The position numbers were made by a program, and so were the translations under genes. A stretch of 64,000 bases of DNA from Polyangiaceae bacterium (GTDB lineage Bacteria > Myxococcota_A > Polyangia > Polyangiales > Polyangiaceae): assembly GCA_965222375.1 (NCBI GenBank), contig CBDCTZ010000014.1:800001-864000 (forward strand), in the 5' to 3' direction. The notes below the pieces were generated by a model. It was not told where the DNA came from. It did not search any database and worked only from the letters and a program-made list of their open reading frames with translations. Positions 1 to 8,922 of this stretch are shown here, one piece after another. The first letter of the stretch is position 1; each line of letters starts with the position of its first letter.

Positions 1-508
1 TTCTGGGGAGCTAGACAAAGAGTACGACATTGACCCGAAGGACAGCTGGGTCGTCGCCGCCTGCGAGAAGAACCTGCCGATCTTCACCCCGGGTTGGGAA
101 GACTCCACCCTGGGCAACATGTTCACGGCAGCTATTGTCCAGGGCAAGCTGGAGAGCTTTCAAACCGTCAAGAGCGGCAACGAGCAACTCGCAACGCTGA
201 TCGACTATTACCGGAGCACCGACAAGAGCCACCGCCTGGGGTTCTTCCAGGTGGGGGGCGGAATATCCGGAGACTTTGCCATCGCTGTGGTCCCCCTGCT
301 CGAACTGGATATGAAGGAAAAGGTTCGGAAATGGGGCTACTTTTGCCAAATCTCCGAGGCCAAGACGTCCTACGGGTCCTACAGCGGAGCGCCACCGAGT
401 GAGAAGATCACCTGGGGCAAGCTGGACATCGATACCGCGCGTTTCATGATCGAGTCCGACGCGACCATCGTGTTTCCGCTGATCGCCGGCTACCTGCTCG
501 AGATGTGA
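1..508 (+). CDS. Deoxyhypusine synthase-family protein (5' truncated by window edge)
   Basis: Frame is open from position 2 (SGELDKEYDIDPKDSWVVAACEKNLPIFTPGWEDSTLGNM...). Motifs FQVGGGISGDF, SYGSYSGAPPSEKITWGK and ESDATIVFPLI are typical of bacterial DHS-like proteins. Confidence 0.9.
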   Translation, partial: SGELDKEYDIDPKDSWVVAACEKNLPIFTPGWEDSTLGNMFTAAIVQGKLESFQTVKSGNEQLATLIDYYRSTDKSHRLGFFQVGGGISGDFAIAVVPLLELDMKEKVRKWGYFCQISEAKTSYGSYSGAPPSEKITWGKLDIDTARFMIESDATIVFPLIAGYLLEM

Positions 509-1722
509 TTTGCGTTGGCGCTTCGGCGCACCGCCGCCGCGCACTTTGCGCAGCCATCGCGCTTGCGGCGTCGAGTTTGCAAGCGCGTGCCCAGTCCTCG
601 AAGGCCGCGCCAGAGCCTGACGACGACGCCAGCGTCGCCGAGTGGCAGCCCGGCTCGGCAAAACTGGCGCCCGCGCCCGAGCCGAAGCCCCGCAAGGACC
701 GAAGCGACGAGACGGACCCCGCGGCGCGACTGAAGAACGTCGTCACGGCCCTGGGCCCCGGATTCATTCTGCATGGGTCGGGGCAACGGGCTGCGGGCAA
801 CCCATCCGAGGCGGACACCCTGCTGGCCGTGCAAGCCACGGGTTTGGGCCTCGTCGTGGTTGGGCTTGGCGGGCTCGCGGCGACAGGTGCGAGCCGCTAC
901 ACGGCGGGTCCTCTCGCGGCGACCATGATCGCCGGCGCTGGGTTGTTCGGAACGTCGTATCTGGCCGACGTGTACGCAACTGCGCGACCCCATGATAGCG
1001 TGGGCAATCCGCCGACCCGGGTGCCGGTGAGCGAAAGCGAGATCGGATATCGCAGCATCGACGATCCCCAGTGGCGCTATCGGCACTTCCTCGTACAAGC
1101 CCTCACTCTGCGCGCTGGGCGCTTCATCTTCGCGCCCCAGGGCTGGTTCGCGTTGGATGACCGAAATGCCCGGGTTTCCGCCCACCTATCCTACCGCTTC
1201 GAGGGGCCGCTGCCGTCTGGGCCGCGGTCCGCGGATGGCAGCTATTGGGACTTGAGCCTGGGCGCGAGCCACCATCGCTACGATTCCGACGGCTTCCGCA
1301 TTTCGGGTGGCGAGGTACTCACACGAGTGCGCCGCGACCTGTTCCGCCACGGAGGGGCTTTCCGAGGGGCTTTCACGGAAGGCGCGTTGGGCGTGGGGTT
1401 GCTGCGGACGGACTACAACGTTGAAGCGACAGACATTTCCACGGACTACAACGATCTGCTTCTGGCCGAGCTGGCTTTCGGCTTCTACTTCGGTGACGTC
1501 ATGTCGCAGGGGGGTGAGGCGCGCGTCTACTACGATCACCGCCATGACGGATACGCGGCGGGTCTGATCCTCACGGGCTTGGGTAGCGGCGTAGCCGGCC
1601 ACTTCGGTTTGGATCTGCGCGGCTACTTTTCGGAGACTTTTGGACTTCGCCTGGATGCGCAGGTGGGGTCGTCACAGATCCTCGGCTTGAGTCTGCTAAT
1701 CCGACAGGGAATCAGTAAATGA
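505..1722 (+). CDS. Exported hypothetical protein, probable outer-membrane beta-barrel C-terminal region
   Basis: Signal-peptide-like N-terminus; alternating aromatic/Gly strands in the C-terminal half; 4-bp overlaps with both neighbours. Confidence 0.6.
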   Translation: MICVGASAHRRRALCAAIALAASSLQARAQSSKAAPEPDDDASVAEWQPGSAKLAPAPEPKPRKDRSDETDPAARLKNVVTALGPGFILHGSGQRAAGNPSEADTLLAVQATGLGLVVVGLGGLAATGASRYTAGPLAATMIAGAGLFGTSYLADVYATARPHDSVGNPPTRVPVSESEIGYRSIDDPQWRYRHFLVQALTLRAGRFIFAPQGWFALDDRNARVSAHLSYRFEGPLPSGPRSADGSYWDLSLGASHHRYDSDGFRISGGEVLTRVRRDLFRHGGAFRGAFTEGALGVGLLRTDYNVEATDISTDYNDLLLAELAFGFYFGDVMSQGGEARVYYDHRHDGYAAGLILTGLGSGVAGHFGLDLRGYFSETFGLRLDAQVGSSQILGLSLLIRQGISK

Positions 1723-2873
1723 AGCGAGCAGTGTTGTCTGGGATGCGGGTCGTTTTCGGGCGGCGGGGAGGTCGACGCGCTGTCGCGGTCCTCGTACCAC
1801 TCATTGCGCTGGTGTTGGCGGTGTCGTGCGTTCGGCCGGCGGAAGAACGCGCGGAGCGGGATTTGGAAGTCGGTCAAGCCACGACTGGCGGCACGCGGAT
1901 TCGTGTTGTGGGCGGGTTGGCTGCTATCCGTAGTGCCAAGCCTGGTGAGGTGGAGATCTGGCAGAGCGCTCCGGCAATCGAGTTACAGCTCGAGCGTCCC
2001 AAGGACGCACCCAAGGCGTGGACGTTTCGCCTCAAGAACACCATGCCGGATCTCGTCGCAAGGGCCAGCCGCGGCGGGACCGACTTGCCCGTCGACCAGA
2101 TCGACGGGAGCGTGCCCACCCATAAAACGCTGCGAATCGATCTTCCCTTGGGCGAATCGACGCTCGTCTTGGCCCCCACGGATGCGCAGCAAGCCGGGCC
2201 GCTGCGCTTCGCAGTGCTGTCGGACGTACAAGAGGCCATCGACGAGGTGCAGGACATTGTCGCCAAAGTCAACGCCGAAAAGGGTGTGCGTTTTCTTCTC
2301 GGTGCAGGTGACCTGACCCAACAAGGCACCGTGGACCAACTGACGCGGTTCGAAAAAGAGCTGCGAAGCCTGAGGGTGCCCTATTACACGACCCTGGGTA
2401 ACCACGAACTCGGCCGGACGCCGCCACCCTTCCAGGACCTCTATGGCCGCGGCAACTTCAGCTTCGAGTTCCGTCAGGTGCGCTTCACGTTGCTCGATTC
2501 AGCGAGCGCTACGATCGATCCCCTCGTTTACGACTGGCTCGACGACTGGCTGGCGGCTGGGCGTGGTCAGACGCACATCGTTGGGATGCACATTCCACCT
2601 CTGGATCCCGTTGGCGTGCGCAATGGTGGCTTCGCGAGTCGAGGGGAGGCGGCCAAGTTGCTCTCCCGCCTGGCGCAGGGGCGCGTCGACCTCACCCTTT
2701 ACGGTCACATTCATTCTTACTACGACTTCGACAACGCCGGCATTCCCGCCCATATCTCCGGCGGCGGTGGAGCCATCCCGGAGCGGTTCGACGGCATCGG
2801 TCGACATTTCCTGGTCATTGACGCTGACGCCAGCGCCGGGATCAAGAATGTGCGCGTCGTCCGCGTGGATTGA
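1719..2873 (+). CDS. Metallophosphoesterase (calcineurin-like) lipoprotein
   Basis: Motifs SDVQ, GDLT, GNHE and GHIH; lipobox-like LAVSC. Confidence 0.88.
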   Translation: MKRAVLSGMRVVFGRRGGRRAVAVLVPLIALVLAVSCVRPAEERAERDLEVGQATTGGTRIRVVGGLAAIRSAKPGEVEIWQSAPAIELQLERPKDAPKAWTFRLKNTMPDLVARASRGGTDLPVDQIDGSVPTHKTLRIDLPLGESTLVLAPTDAQQAGPLRFAVLSDVQEAIDEVQDIVAKVNAEKGVRFLLGAGDLTQQGTVDQLTRFEKELRSLRVPYYTTLGNHELGRTPPPFQDLYGRGNFSFEFRQVRFTLLDSASATIDPLVYDWLDDWLAAGRGQTHIVGMHIPPLDPVGVRNGGFASRGEAAKLLSRLAQGRVDLTLYGHIHSYYDFDNAGIPAHISGGGGAIPERFDGIGRHFLVIDADASAGIKNVRVVRVD

Positions 2874-2887
2874 GGCTGTCGCTCGCC

Positions 2888-4318
2888 CTAGAGCAAGACC
2901 AGGTACTTTCGGCGCAGTAGCCCGGCCACCAGCCAAAGGCCTTCACGCTCCGCGCAACCACTGCTCGCGATGAGATCTTTGATCCGCGGATTGCCTTGGG
3001 CAGCACCTTCGATGAGTGCTTTCGCCTTTGGCGAGATGTTGTTCAGCGGGGCTTTTCGGGCGAGAGCACCCGGAGCGATATGTCTATTCAGAGCGCCGAC
3101 CCGCTCCCGGAATATCCGATCCAGTGTCGGCAGCCAGACCCGGAGCAAGTCCAAGGCGACGGGGTCTCGTTCCACGGCGCCCAGCTCGAGCAGCGCCTCC
3201 GCATGCTGCACTGCCGCGTCGAGGTCGCCCTCCTGCGCCGCGGCGCGGGCCGCTTCGAGGTAGCCCTTGGCCGTCGAGCCCGTGCTGCGGCCCGAAGGTG
3301 CGGTCTTGGTCTTGCGTTCGGCGCGGTATCGCGCGCTCGGCGGAGCGCTTTTCGGCGTCTTTCGGGACTCGGGCGCAATGCTGCCGCCATGGGCCGCACG
3401 CTCCACAGCCCGCTGGAATTCCAGCACGTTGGCGAAGCGTTCATCCGGGATCTTGCGCAAGGCTCGCAGAATCGCGGCGTCCAGGCTCGCCGGCACCCCG
3501 GGGCGCAGGCTGGAGAGTGGCGGCGGTTCATCCGCTAGCACGCGAGCGACGACGTCTTGTGGTGTTGCTCCGAGAAATGGTGGCCGGCCCGTCAGCATCG
3601 TGAACGCCACAGCGGCCAGGGAATACTGGTCCGCACGACGATCCACCGCCGAGCGCGCCGTTGCCTGCTCCGGAGCCATGTACTCTGGCGTGCCAAGAGC
3701 GACCGCGTCTTCGGTGATCCTGGCCCCAGAGGCGACAATCTTGCCAATCCCGAAATCCAGCAACTTGACGAAATCCAAGTCGCCGGGGGTCTTCACCAGA
3801 AACACGTTCTCGGGCTTGATATCCCGATGAATGACGCCCGCGCGATGCGTGGCGGACAGTGCCGATGCCAGCCGCTGTACTATTCTGGAAGTCGCTGCGA
3901 GGGACACGGGCCCGTCTCGAACCAGACGGTCGAGCAGTGTCTCCCCCTGGAGGTACTCCATGACGATGAACGGGGTGCCCTGGGGCGTGGCGCCGATGTC
4001 GATGATCTGAACGATGTGGGGATGCCCGAGCCGAGCGATCAGCTCTGCTTCCAACTTGAAGCGTGCCAAGGCTTCTGAATTGCTCGTCAATGGCTGGCGC
4101 AACACTTTGATCGCGACGGTTCGCCCCAGACGCAACTGCTCACCTGCGTACACCAGACCCATTCCGCCTTCGGCCAGCAGGCGCTCGACGCGGTAGGCGT
4201 CGTTGAGAGTCGTCCCCAAGAGGGGGTCTCGTACCTCATAATCCACAGTGTTCTGGCGCGGTCGCGCCGCCACTCTATGACCCGGTGACTGCATCCCCTC
4301 AACAGCAGAATGCCGCAT
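2888..4318 (-). CDS. Ser/Thr protein kinase (Hanks type)
   Basis: AEGGMGLVY, VAIKVL, HRDIKPEN, DFG and GTPEYMAPE motifs. The true start may be slightly downstream. Confidence 0.95.
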   Translation of the reverse strand: MRHSAVEGMQSPGHRVAARPRQNTVDYEVRDPLLGTTLNDAYRVERLLAEGGMGLVYAGEQLRLGRTVAIKVLRQPLTSNSEALARFKLEAELIARLGHPHIVQIIDIGATPQGTPFIVMEYLQGETLLDRLVRDGPVSLAATSRIVQRLASALSATHRAGVIHRDIKPENVFLVKTPGDLDFVKLLDFGIGKIVASGARITEDAVALGTPEYMAPEQATARSAVDRRADQYSLAAVAFTMLTGRPPFLGATPQDVVARVLADEPPPLSSLRPGVPASLDAAILRALRKIPDERFANVLEFQRAVERAAHGGSIAPESRKTPKSAPPSARYRAERKTKTAPSGRSTGSTAKGYLEAARAAAQEGDLDAAVQHAEALLELGAVERDPVALDLLRVWLPTLDRIFRERVGALNRHIAPGALARKAPLNNISPKAKALIEGAAQGNPRIKDLIASSGCAEREGLWLVAGLLRRKYLVLL

Positions 4319-4430
4319 CGCCGACGGGGCTGCCAGTCAGCCCGGCTCGGCCTAGGTCAGCAGCTGTCCTTGCAATTGTGCAGAATTCGCTCAACCGAAA
4401 ATTGCTGACGCATTCCAGGCACTTGCAGAA

Positions 4431-4820
4431 CTAGTGCTCACTGCCGGGCTCGCAGAGTGCGAAGGCGGCAATCTCGGCATCAAAGAGATCTCCCCCGTCA
4501 CCGAGCATTTGGTAGCTGCCCTGCATGCTGCCGAAGGGTGTCTTCAGGGGGCAGCCCGATGTGTACTCGAAGGATTCCCCGGGTCTCAATAGAGGTTGTT
4601 GTCCGACAACTCCCGGGCCGCGCACTTCCTCGATGTTGCCACTAGCGTCCGTGATGATCCAGTGGCGCTGCAGCAAGCGAACCGGCTTCTTGCCCTCATT
4701 CCCGATCCGCACGGTGTACAGGAAGAACCACTGCCGCGTGACCGGCGTCGAATGCTCCGGGGAGTAACTGGACTCCACTCGCACACGCACGCCCTGGGTG
4801 ACTGCTTCGGATGTGGGCAC
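4431..4820 (-). CDS. apaG: ApaG protein
   Basis: RHWIITD, EVRGPGVVGQQP and FEYTSGCPLKTPFGSMQGSY. GTG start at 4820 is preceded by GGAG. Confidence 0.95.
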   Translation of the reverse strand: MPTSEAVTQGVRVRVESSYSPEHSTPVTRQWFFLYTVRIGNEGKKPVRLLQRHWIITDASGNIEEVRGPGVVGQQPLLRPGESFEYTSGCPLKTPFGSMQGSYQMLGDGGDLFDAEIAAFALCEPGSEH

Positions 4821-4863
4821 AACTTGCTCCGGTTGCCCCGATATACAGCCCCAAAGCCCAACG

Positions 4864-5988
4864 TCAAGCTGTGGGCGGCGGGTGTGCCGCCGCATACTGA
4901 CGAAGCGCAGGGGCCAGGAGTTGTCGCCGAAAACCGCGGAGGCTTTCCAGCGCGGATTCGAGGCTATCGCTGTCGTCCCATTCAGCTTTCAGGGACTTGG
5001 AGACCCGGGCCGGGAGCAGGAGTTCCGGGGCGACCTGGAGTTCGGCGCAGAGTTCAGCGCGTGCTCGAGCCAGCCAACCCTCGCGCCGGATCTCCTCGAA
5101 GGTCGTGTACGGCGGCGGAGCGATGGACTCGAAGCTCTCGGTCTCGGCAGCATCGGCTGCGCGCTGCAGGGCTGCGCACAGTTGCGCACCCTCTCGCTCC
5201 GCGAAGCGTTGCGAGACCCCTTTGATGCGACCGAGGTCTCGAGCGTTACGCGGCAACCTTGCTGCGATCGAAAGCAGGGTCTTCGTTTCCGGCGCGCGCT
5301 GACGACTCTTGGGGGGCAGTTTGCCGTACCAATCGATCAGGTGAAGCAATGCCGCTTGCTGTCCGGGGCCTAGTTGCCAGGCGTTGCGGAAGTCCGCCAA
5401 GCGTAGCCGGCGCGGAGGTTCCGCCTCCGGCAGGAGCAGCTCGCGACTGGCCTGATAGGCGATCTCGAGGCGATCGTTCTTCTTCAGGCGGCGTTCGAGC
5501 TGTTCAAACAATGTCGGAAGGCTCGCAACGTCTTCGGCGGCGTAGGTGAGTTGGGACTTGGGCAAAGGTCGACGCTTCCAATCGTCGGCCTGGTGGCCTT
5601 TGCCTCTCCGTTTGCCGAGCAGCACCATCTCCAAATAGGCTAACGAGACGGAGGCCTCCGGGCTACAGCACGCCCAGGCAACTTGGGTATCGAGCAAGCG
5701 GGGCAATTCCTTCAGCCCCAGATGATCCATCAGCAGCGGCACGTCTTGCTGGCCCGCATGCAGCACCCATTCGCGCTCGTCGCCACTGAGGGCTGGCCCG
5801 AGCGCCGTAAGACTGGGCAGGCGCAAGCCATCCACGAGGTGCACTTCCTTGCCGTCGTGGATTTGGATCAGGCTCAGTGTGGTGCCGCCCCGCACAGATT
5901 CGAATTCCGTGTCCACGAAGAAGCGGCGGGCGCCCTTCAGTTCTTCAACCAGGGCGCTCAGTTCCGAATCTTTTTCGATCAGCCGCAC
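4864..5988 (-). CDS. rnd: Ribonuclease D (3'-5' exonuclease plus HRDC)
   Basis: DTEF, LHAGQQD, LLDTQVA and DWKRRPLPKSQLTYAAEDV motifs; HRDC-like region. GTG start at 5988 is inferred. Confidence 0.88.
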   Translation of the reverse strand: MRLIEKDSELSALVEELKGARRFFVDTEFESVRGGTTLSLIQIHDGKEVHLVDGLRLPSLTALGPALSGDEREWVLHAGQQDVPLLMDHLGLKELPRLLDTQVAWACCSPEASVSLAYLEMVLLGKRRGKGHQADDWKRRPLPKSQLTYAAEDVASLPTLFEQLERRLKKNDRLEIAYQASRELLLPEAEPPRRLRLADFRNAWQLGPGQQAALLHLIDWYGKLPPKSRQRAPETKTLLSIAARLPRNARDLGRIKGVSQRFAEREGAQLCAALQRAADAAETESFESIAPPPYTTFEEIRREGWLARARAELCAELQVAPELLLPARVSKSLKAEWDDSDSLESALESLRGFRRQLLAPALRQYAAAHPPPTA

Positions 5989-6005
5989 GCGATCGACGTT
6001 AGCAC

Positions 6006-6779
6006 CTAGTGTGCCGCTTCGGGGTTGCTGGAGCGGCTGTGTACTCGGAAATCCTCCAAGCGCGCCGTCAATACCCGGACCGGCGTTGCCATGGGTCCTG
6101 CGGCGACCACCACGCGTCGCCCTCGTGCCCACTGCAGCCCGCCTGCCTCCACGTAGTCGTCCGAGAAGTGTGCCGCCCGAGCCCAGCTCCCCACGATGTC
6201 CGCAACGTAGTCATGGCGGCCCAGGCGACCGTCAGCGTCGAAGAAGAAGCTCTGACGCCGACAATGCGTGGAAAACCCCTCGGGGAAATCCAGGCTGACC
6301 CCGTCGACGCCACTGCGTCGGGGAGCAGCAACGAAGCGCAAGTCGGGCAGGATGAACGGTACGGACAAGTAGGTCAGCAGGGCGTAGCCAAAGAAGTAGA
6401 TGGCGTCGAAGTTCGACCAGCGGCGATACTTCTTCCAACCGTCGAAGCTCTTGCGGTGGTTGGGCAAGGCTTTCAACCTGGTTCCATCCCGGGTCGACTC
6501 GAGGGTGAGGTTGCCGTTTTCGAATCGCAGCAGCTGCCCCACTTCAGGATAATCCCGGCAAGTGACCCGAAGCTCACGCGGATCGACCTCCATGACTTCG
6601 GGCATGGTGTGAGTCCTCCCCAGGCCCTTGGCCCAAGGCAGCGGACCGGAGAGCACACCCAGGTTCACGTGCACCCTTCGGAGCTCATCCCACGCGGCTT
6701 GGCCGCCATGAGCTTCAATTGCGCGCTCAACCAGCTGGCGCGCCTCCGCAGGCCAGCCCAAGTACTTGTTTGCGTTCAA
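6006..6779 (-). CDS. Hypothetical protein
   Basis: 257-aa ORF co-oriented in an operon-like run; N-terminal AIEAHGGQAAW; no family recognised. Confidence 0.7.
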   Translation of the reverse strand: MNANKYLGWPAEARQLVERAIEAHGGQAAWDELRRVHVNLGVLSGPLPWAKGLGRTHTMPEVMEVDPRELRVTCRDYPEVGQLLRFENGNLTLESTRDGTRLKALPNHRKSFDGWKKYRRWSNFDAIYFFGYALLTYLSVPFILPDLRFVAAPRRSGVDGVSLDFPEGFSTHCRRQSFFFDADGRLGRHDYVADIVGSWARAAHFSDDYVEAGGLQWARGRRVVVAAGPMATPVRVLTARLEDFRVHSRSSNPEAAH

Positions 6780-6791
6780 GGCAAGTCGACT

Positions 6792-7295
6792 CTAGCTGCG
6801 CTGGAGCAGGTAAAGCAAAACCAACCCGCAACTGACTGCGACGCAAACCCCCAGCAGGCCGAGCCGGCGCCAGTCACGGCTCCGGTCGGGGAGCGTCGAG
6901 GCAGAAGTGGCCGAGGTCAGCTCCCGCACCAGGTCGTCGCTTCGGGCCACGCAGCGTTCGCTCATCTGGCGAGCGTCCGCGGCAAGCTTGTGAGCATAGC
7001 TCCGGCGCAGCCTGCCTTCACGACGCAACTTTGCGTTCTGCTCGGCAATGCTCTCTCTCCGCGGCACGACCAAAAACGCATTGCGCAGCCGGTCGAAAGC
7101 GCGCCGCTGTTCCGCATCTGTCAGAACATCGTGGGCTTCTCGCAGCTTCTCCAGTTCCGCCTGCACGCCCAACACACCCTTACGGTGGTCCCAGACCGCG
7201 CGGATGCGGTGAGCGCGGCGTATCTCCTCTACGCTCGCTCTGGGGGAAACTCCTAGTACCTCGTAGTGATCGCGGACGAATCGCATGGCAAACAC
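6792..7295 (-). CDS. J-domain-like protein with C-terminal membrane anchor
   Basis: DHYEVLGVSPRASVEEIRRA...AHDVLTDAEQRRAFD; no HPD motif; hydrophobic C-terminus. Confidence 0.8.
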   Translation of the reverse strand: MFAMRFVRDHYEVLGVSPRASVEEIRRAHRIRAVWDHRKGVLGVQAELEKLREAHDVLTDAEQRRAFDRLRNAFLVVPRRESIAEQNAKLRREGRLRRSYAHKLAADARQMSERCVARSDDLVRELTSATSASTLPDRSRDWRRLGLLGVCVAVSCGLVLLYLLQRS

Positions 7296-7402
7296 GCGAG
7301 CATATCACGGCAAACGCGTACCTGCATACGCAACCGAGCTTGTCCTGCTAAGCTAGGGCGCTTGGGCCAATTGCCTGGGCGGCTGAAAGTGAGCGTTACG
7401 CG

Positions 7403-8632
7403 ATGAAACTGAGATGGACTGCGCTGTTCGGCTTGGGGCTCATCGCCGCGCTGGCCAGCGCTTGTGGCGGTGATGACGACGCCGGTGGAAGTGGCGGCGC
7501 GCCGGGGAGCGGCGGTGCAGCGGGCAGTGCGGGTAGCTCAGGCTCGGGCGGCAGCGCCACCGGCGGCGTCGCCGGCGAAGCGGGTTCCGGTGGTGGGGCC
7601 GCGGGGGCCGCGGGCGCGGCGGGATCCGGTGGCAGCGCTACCGGCGGAAGCGCGGGCACGGGTGGAAGCGCCGGGGCTAAACAGGGCGTGTGGTCCTCGG
7701 CCGCGGAGCTGGCGGGCAAGCCCATGAGTGGAGAGGCGTGGACCGAGCTATTGAAGTTCGCCGACGCCGATACCTCGAGCCCCAACGTCTCGGATCAAAA
7801 TGATCCAACCAACGTGAGGGTACTAGCCGCGGCCATCGCTTTCGCGCGTGGCGGTGACGCCAAGTACAAAACCAAAGTGGAAGCTGCCTGCGTCAAGGTG
7901 CAGGGAACCGAGAAAGGGGGCCGCACTTTGGCTTGGGGTAGGGAAGCGGGTGCCTACGCCATGGCGGCGGATCTCGTCGGCTACTCGACCCCGGCGTTCA
8001 CCACGTGGCTCAAGAACGTGGCGGATGGTGAGAAGGGTTCGGACCTGAATATCACTCTCCGAGACATGTTCTACAAGCGACCGAACAACTGGGGCTCGAT
8101 GGGGTTAGGCTCGCTGACCGCGATCTATCGTTTCCTCGGCGATGACGCATTGCTCAAGAATGTGCGGGACTATTGGGCCCAAGGCGTGACCGGCAAGAAT
8201 CCAGGCCTCACCTACGGTTCAGACATCTCCTGGCACGTAGACCCTAACGATCTACGCTTGATCAACCCCAAGAGTGCCATGAAACAAGGCGTGAACATCG
8301 ACGGCATCATCCCCGACGACATGCGTCGAGGCGGCCCCTTCACGACCGGCACTCCCACCGGCACGGGCTATCCCTGGGAGTACTTGCAGGGCGTCCTCAT
8401 GGGCGCGCGCGTCCTCGAGCGCGCCGGCATGGAAATCTGGTCCGTCGACGATCAAGCCATTCGCCGTGCTGCATCGGCACTGCAGGATCGCATCCAGGGC
8501 AGCTTCACTTGCACGGGTGATGACCTCTGGCAGCTCGCGTTCCTCGATCAAGCCTACGGCACGAGTTGGTCCGGCTCTCAAAACGTCTGGCGCGCCGGAA
8601 AGAACGCAGGCTTCGCTTATGTTCTGCCCTAG
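7403..8632 (+). CDS. Lipoprotein with Gly-rich linker and possible alginate/polysaccharide lyase-like helical domain
   Basis: Lipobox LASAC, GGSAG linker, and NNWG and DDMRRG segments reminiscent of the alginate-lyase fold. The product call is tentative. Confidence 0.55.
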   Translation: MKLRWTALFGLGLIAALASACGGDDDAGGSGGAPGSGGAAGSAGSSGSGGSATGGVAGEAGSGGGAAGAAGAAGSGGSATGGSAGTGGSAGAKQGVWSSAAELAGKPMSGEAWTELLKFADADTSSPNVSDQNDPTNVRVLAAAIAFARGGDAKYKTKVEAACVKVQGTEKGGRTLAWGREAGAYAMAADLVGYSTPAFTTWLKNVADGEKGSDLNITLRDMFYKRPNNWGSMGLGSLTAIYRFLGDDALLKNVRDYWAQGVTGKNPGLTYGSDISWHVDPNDLRLINPKSAMKQGVNIDGIIPDDMRRGGPFTTGTPTGTGYPWEYLQGVLMGARVLERAGMEIWSVDDQAIRRAASALQDRIQGSFTCTGDDLWQLAFLDQAYGTSWSGSQNVWRAGKNAGFAYVLP

Positions 8633-8645
8633 CGCGAAGGTAGCT

Positions 8646-8791
8646 GATTTTGGGTTGGGGTCGCGTGCCCTGTCTGACACTGGGCCCCTAATCTCGCGCT
8701 AGGCCTCGCTAGTTCGCGAGGCGCGCCGCGTTGCCCATTTCTAGAGTAGTGGCCCAGGTCCGCACCAACTCCGCGACCCAAAACCCAGATC
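8646..8791. repeat. REP/MITE-like ~145-bp intergenic element with imperfect inverted arms
   Basis: Left arm GATTTTGGGTTGGGGTCGCG...CTGGGCCCCTAATCTCG pairs with right arm CTAGAGTAGTGGCCCAGG...CGCGACCCAAAACCCAGATC. The arm recurs at 32355 and 56240. Confidence 0.65.
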
Positions 8792-8922
8792 CTAGAAAGC
8801 TACGGCACCACGACGTTGCTCAGAGGACAGTCGTACGTGCCACGGGTGCTCTTTCCTGCAAACTCGTCGAACGGAGAATGACGCGCTCAGGAACTGGCTC
8901 GTGAGCGGCGCTCTTCCGTGAG

